Part shown: positions 63,669 through 64,000 of the stretch, piece by piece
Position numbering within the stretch: the stretch's first letter is position 1
How the letters are laid out: each line of letters starts with the position of its first letter
IMG/VR virus record: IMGVR_UViG_3300028800_000086
Span: 5,873-69,872 of that record
Origin: a virus
Reading direction: 5' to 3' (one strand)
Length of the DNA: 64,000 bases
Program-made: the position numbers and the translations under genes
The notes under the pieces: model-generated
The model's database searches: none
Seen by the model: only the letters and a program-made list of their open reading frames with translations
Told to the model about the DNA's origin: nothing

Positions 63669-64000
63669 ATGAACTTCGATCACATCTTCAACTGGAAACT
63701 TCTCGCCGGCAGTCACGACTTCCCGGGACCGGATGGCGGCACCTGTATCAACGAGGCGGCGATCATCGCGGCTGGCTTCGAGTACAAGAAGGTCCGAGAC
63801 GCCGCGGACTGCCCGCCATGCTTCTCGCCGGTCCTGTCGGCTTACCTGATTGGCATCAACGACATGATGCCGCACGGTGAGCGCCAGAAGCTCATGCGCT
63901 TCGTCATGCGGTTGTCGGGCTCGGCGGATACGCCCGTGATCGAGCAACAGCGCATTGAATTGATCGTGCTGCGGACGGTGCAACTAATCGTCTCGTCGGC
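63669..64000 (+). CDS. Hypothetical protein, truncated by window end
   Basis: GAAAGGAG RBS; MNFDHIFNWKLLAGSH...CINEAA...CPPCFSPVL open to end. Confidence 0.65.
   Translation, partial: MNFDHIFNWKLLAGSHDFPGPDGGTCINEAAIIAAGFEYKKVRDAADCPPCFSPVLSAYLIGINDMMPHGERQKLMRFVMRLSGSADTPVIEQQRIELIVLRTVQLIVSS

Overview
The whole window is a tailed dsDNA phage genome segment (contractile-tailed myovirus type, probably most of the genome) with two divergent arms. Minus arm (1-34.3 kb): NusG-family regulator, terminase, portal, MuF, RcGTA-like head-spike genes, fibre genes, Nudix-fused prohead protease/scaffold, capsid, neck, sheath/tube, a tail chaperone with an apparent -1 frameshift, tape measure and baseplate. 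Plus arm (34.7-64 kb): AlpA-like regulators, RepB-type primase, helicase, many small early genes with their own promoters/terminators, a hammerhead ribozyme, a Ro60/Rsr gene preceded by three Y RNA-like units (one with a circularly permuted tRNA-like domain), a nucleotide-modification-like cluster (FAD oxidoreductase, ThyX-fold protein with a non-canonical active site, HAD, SDR, MazG-like, VOC), DnaQ, DnaE, nuclease and SNF2 helicase. No integrase, repressor, CRISPR array or clear endolysin is visible. Head-spike genes and AGAAAGGA Shine-Dalgarno usage suggest an alphaproteobacterial host (inference). All family calls are from motif recognition and synteny by eye; no database searches were run, and several start codons were re-chosen from RBS/overlap evidence.
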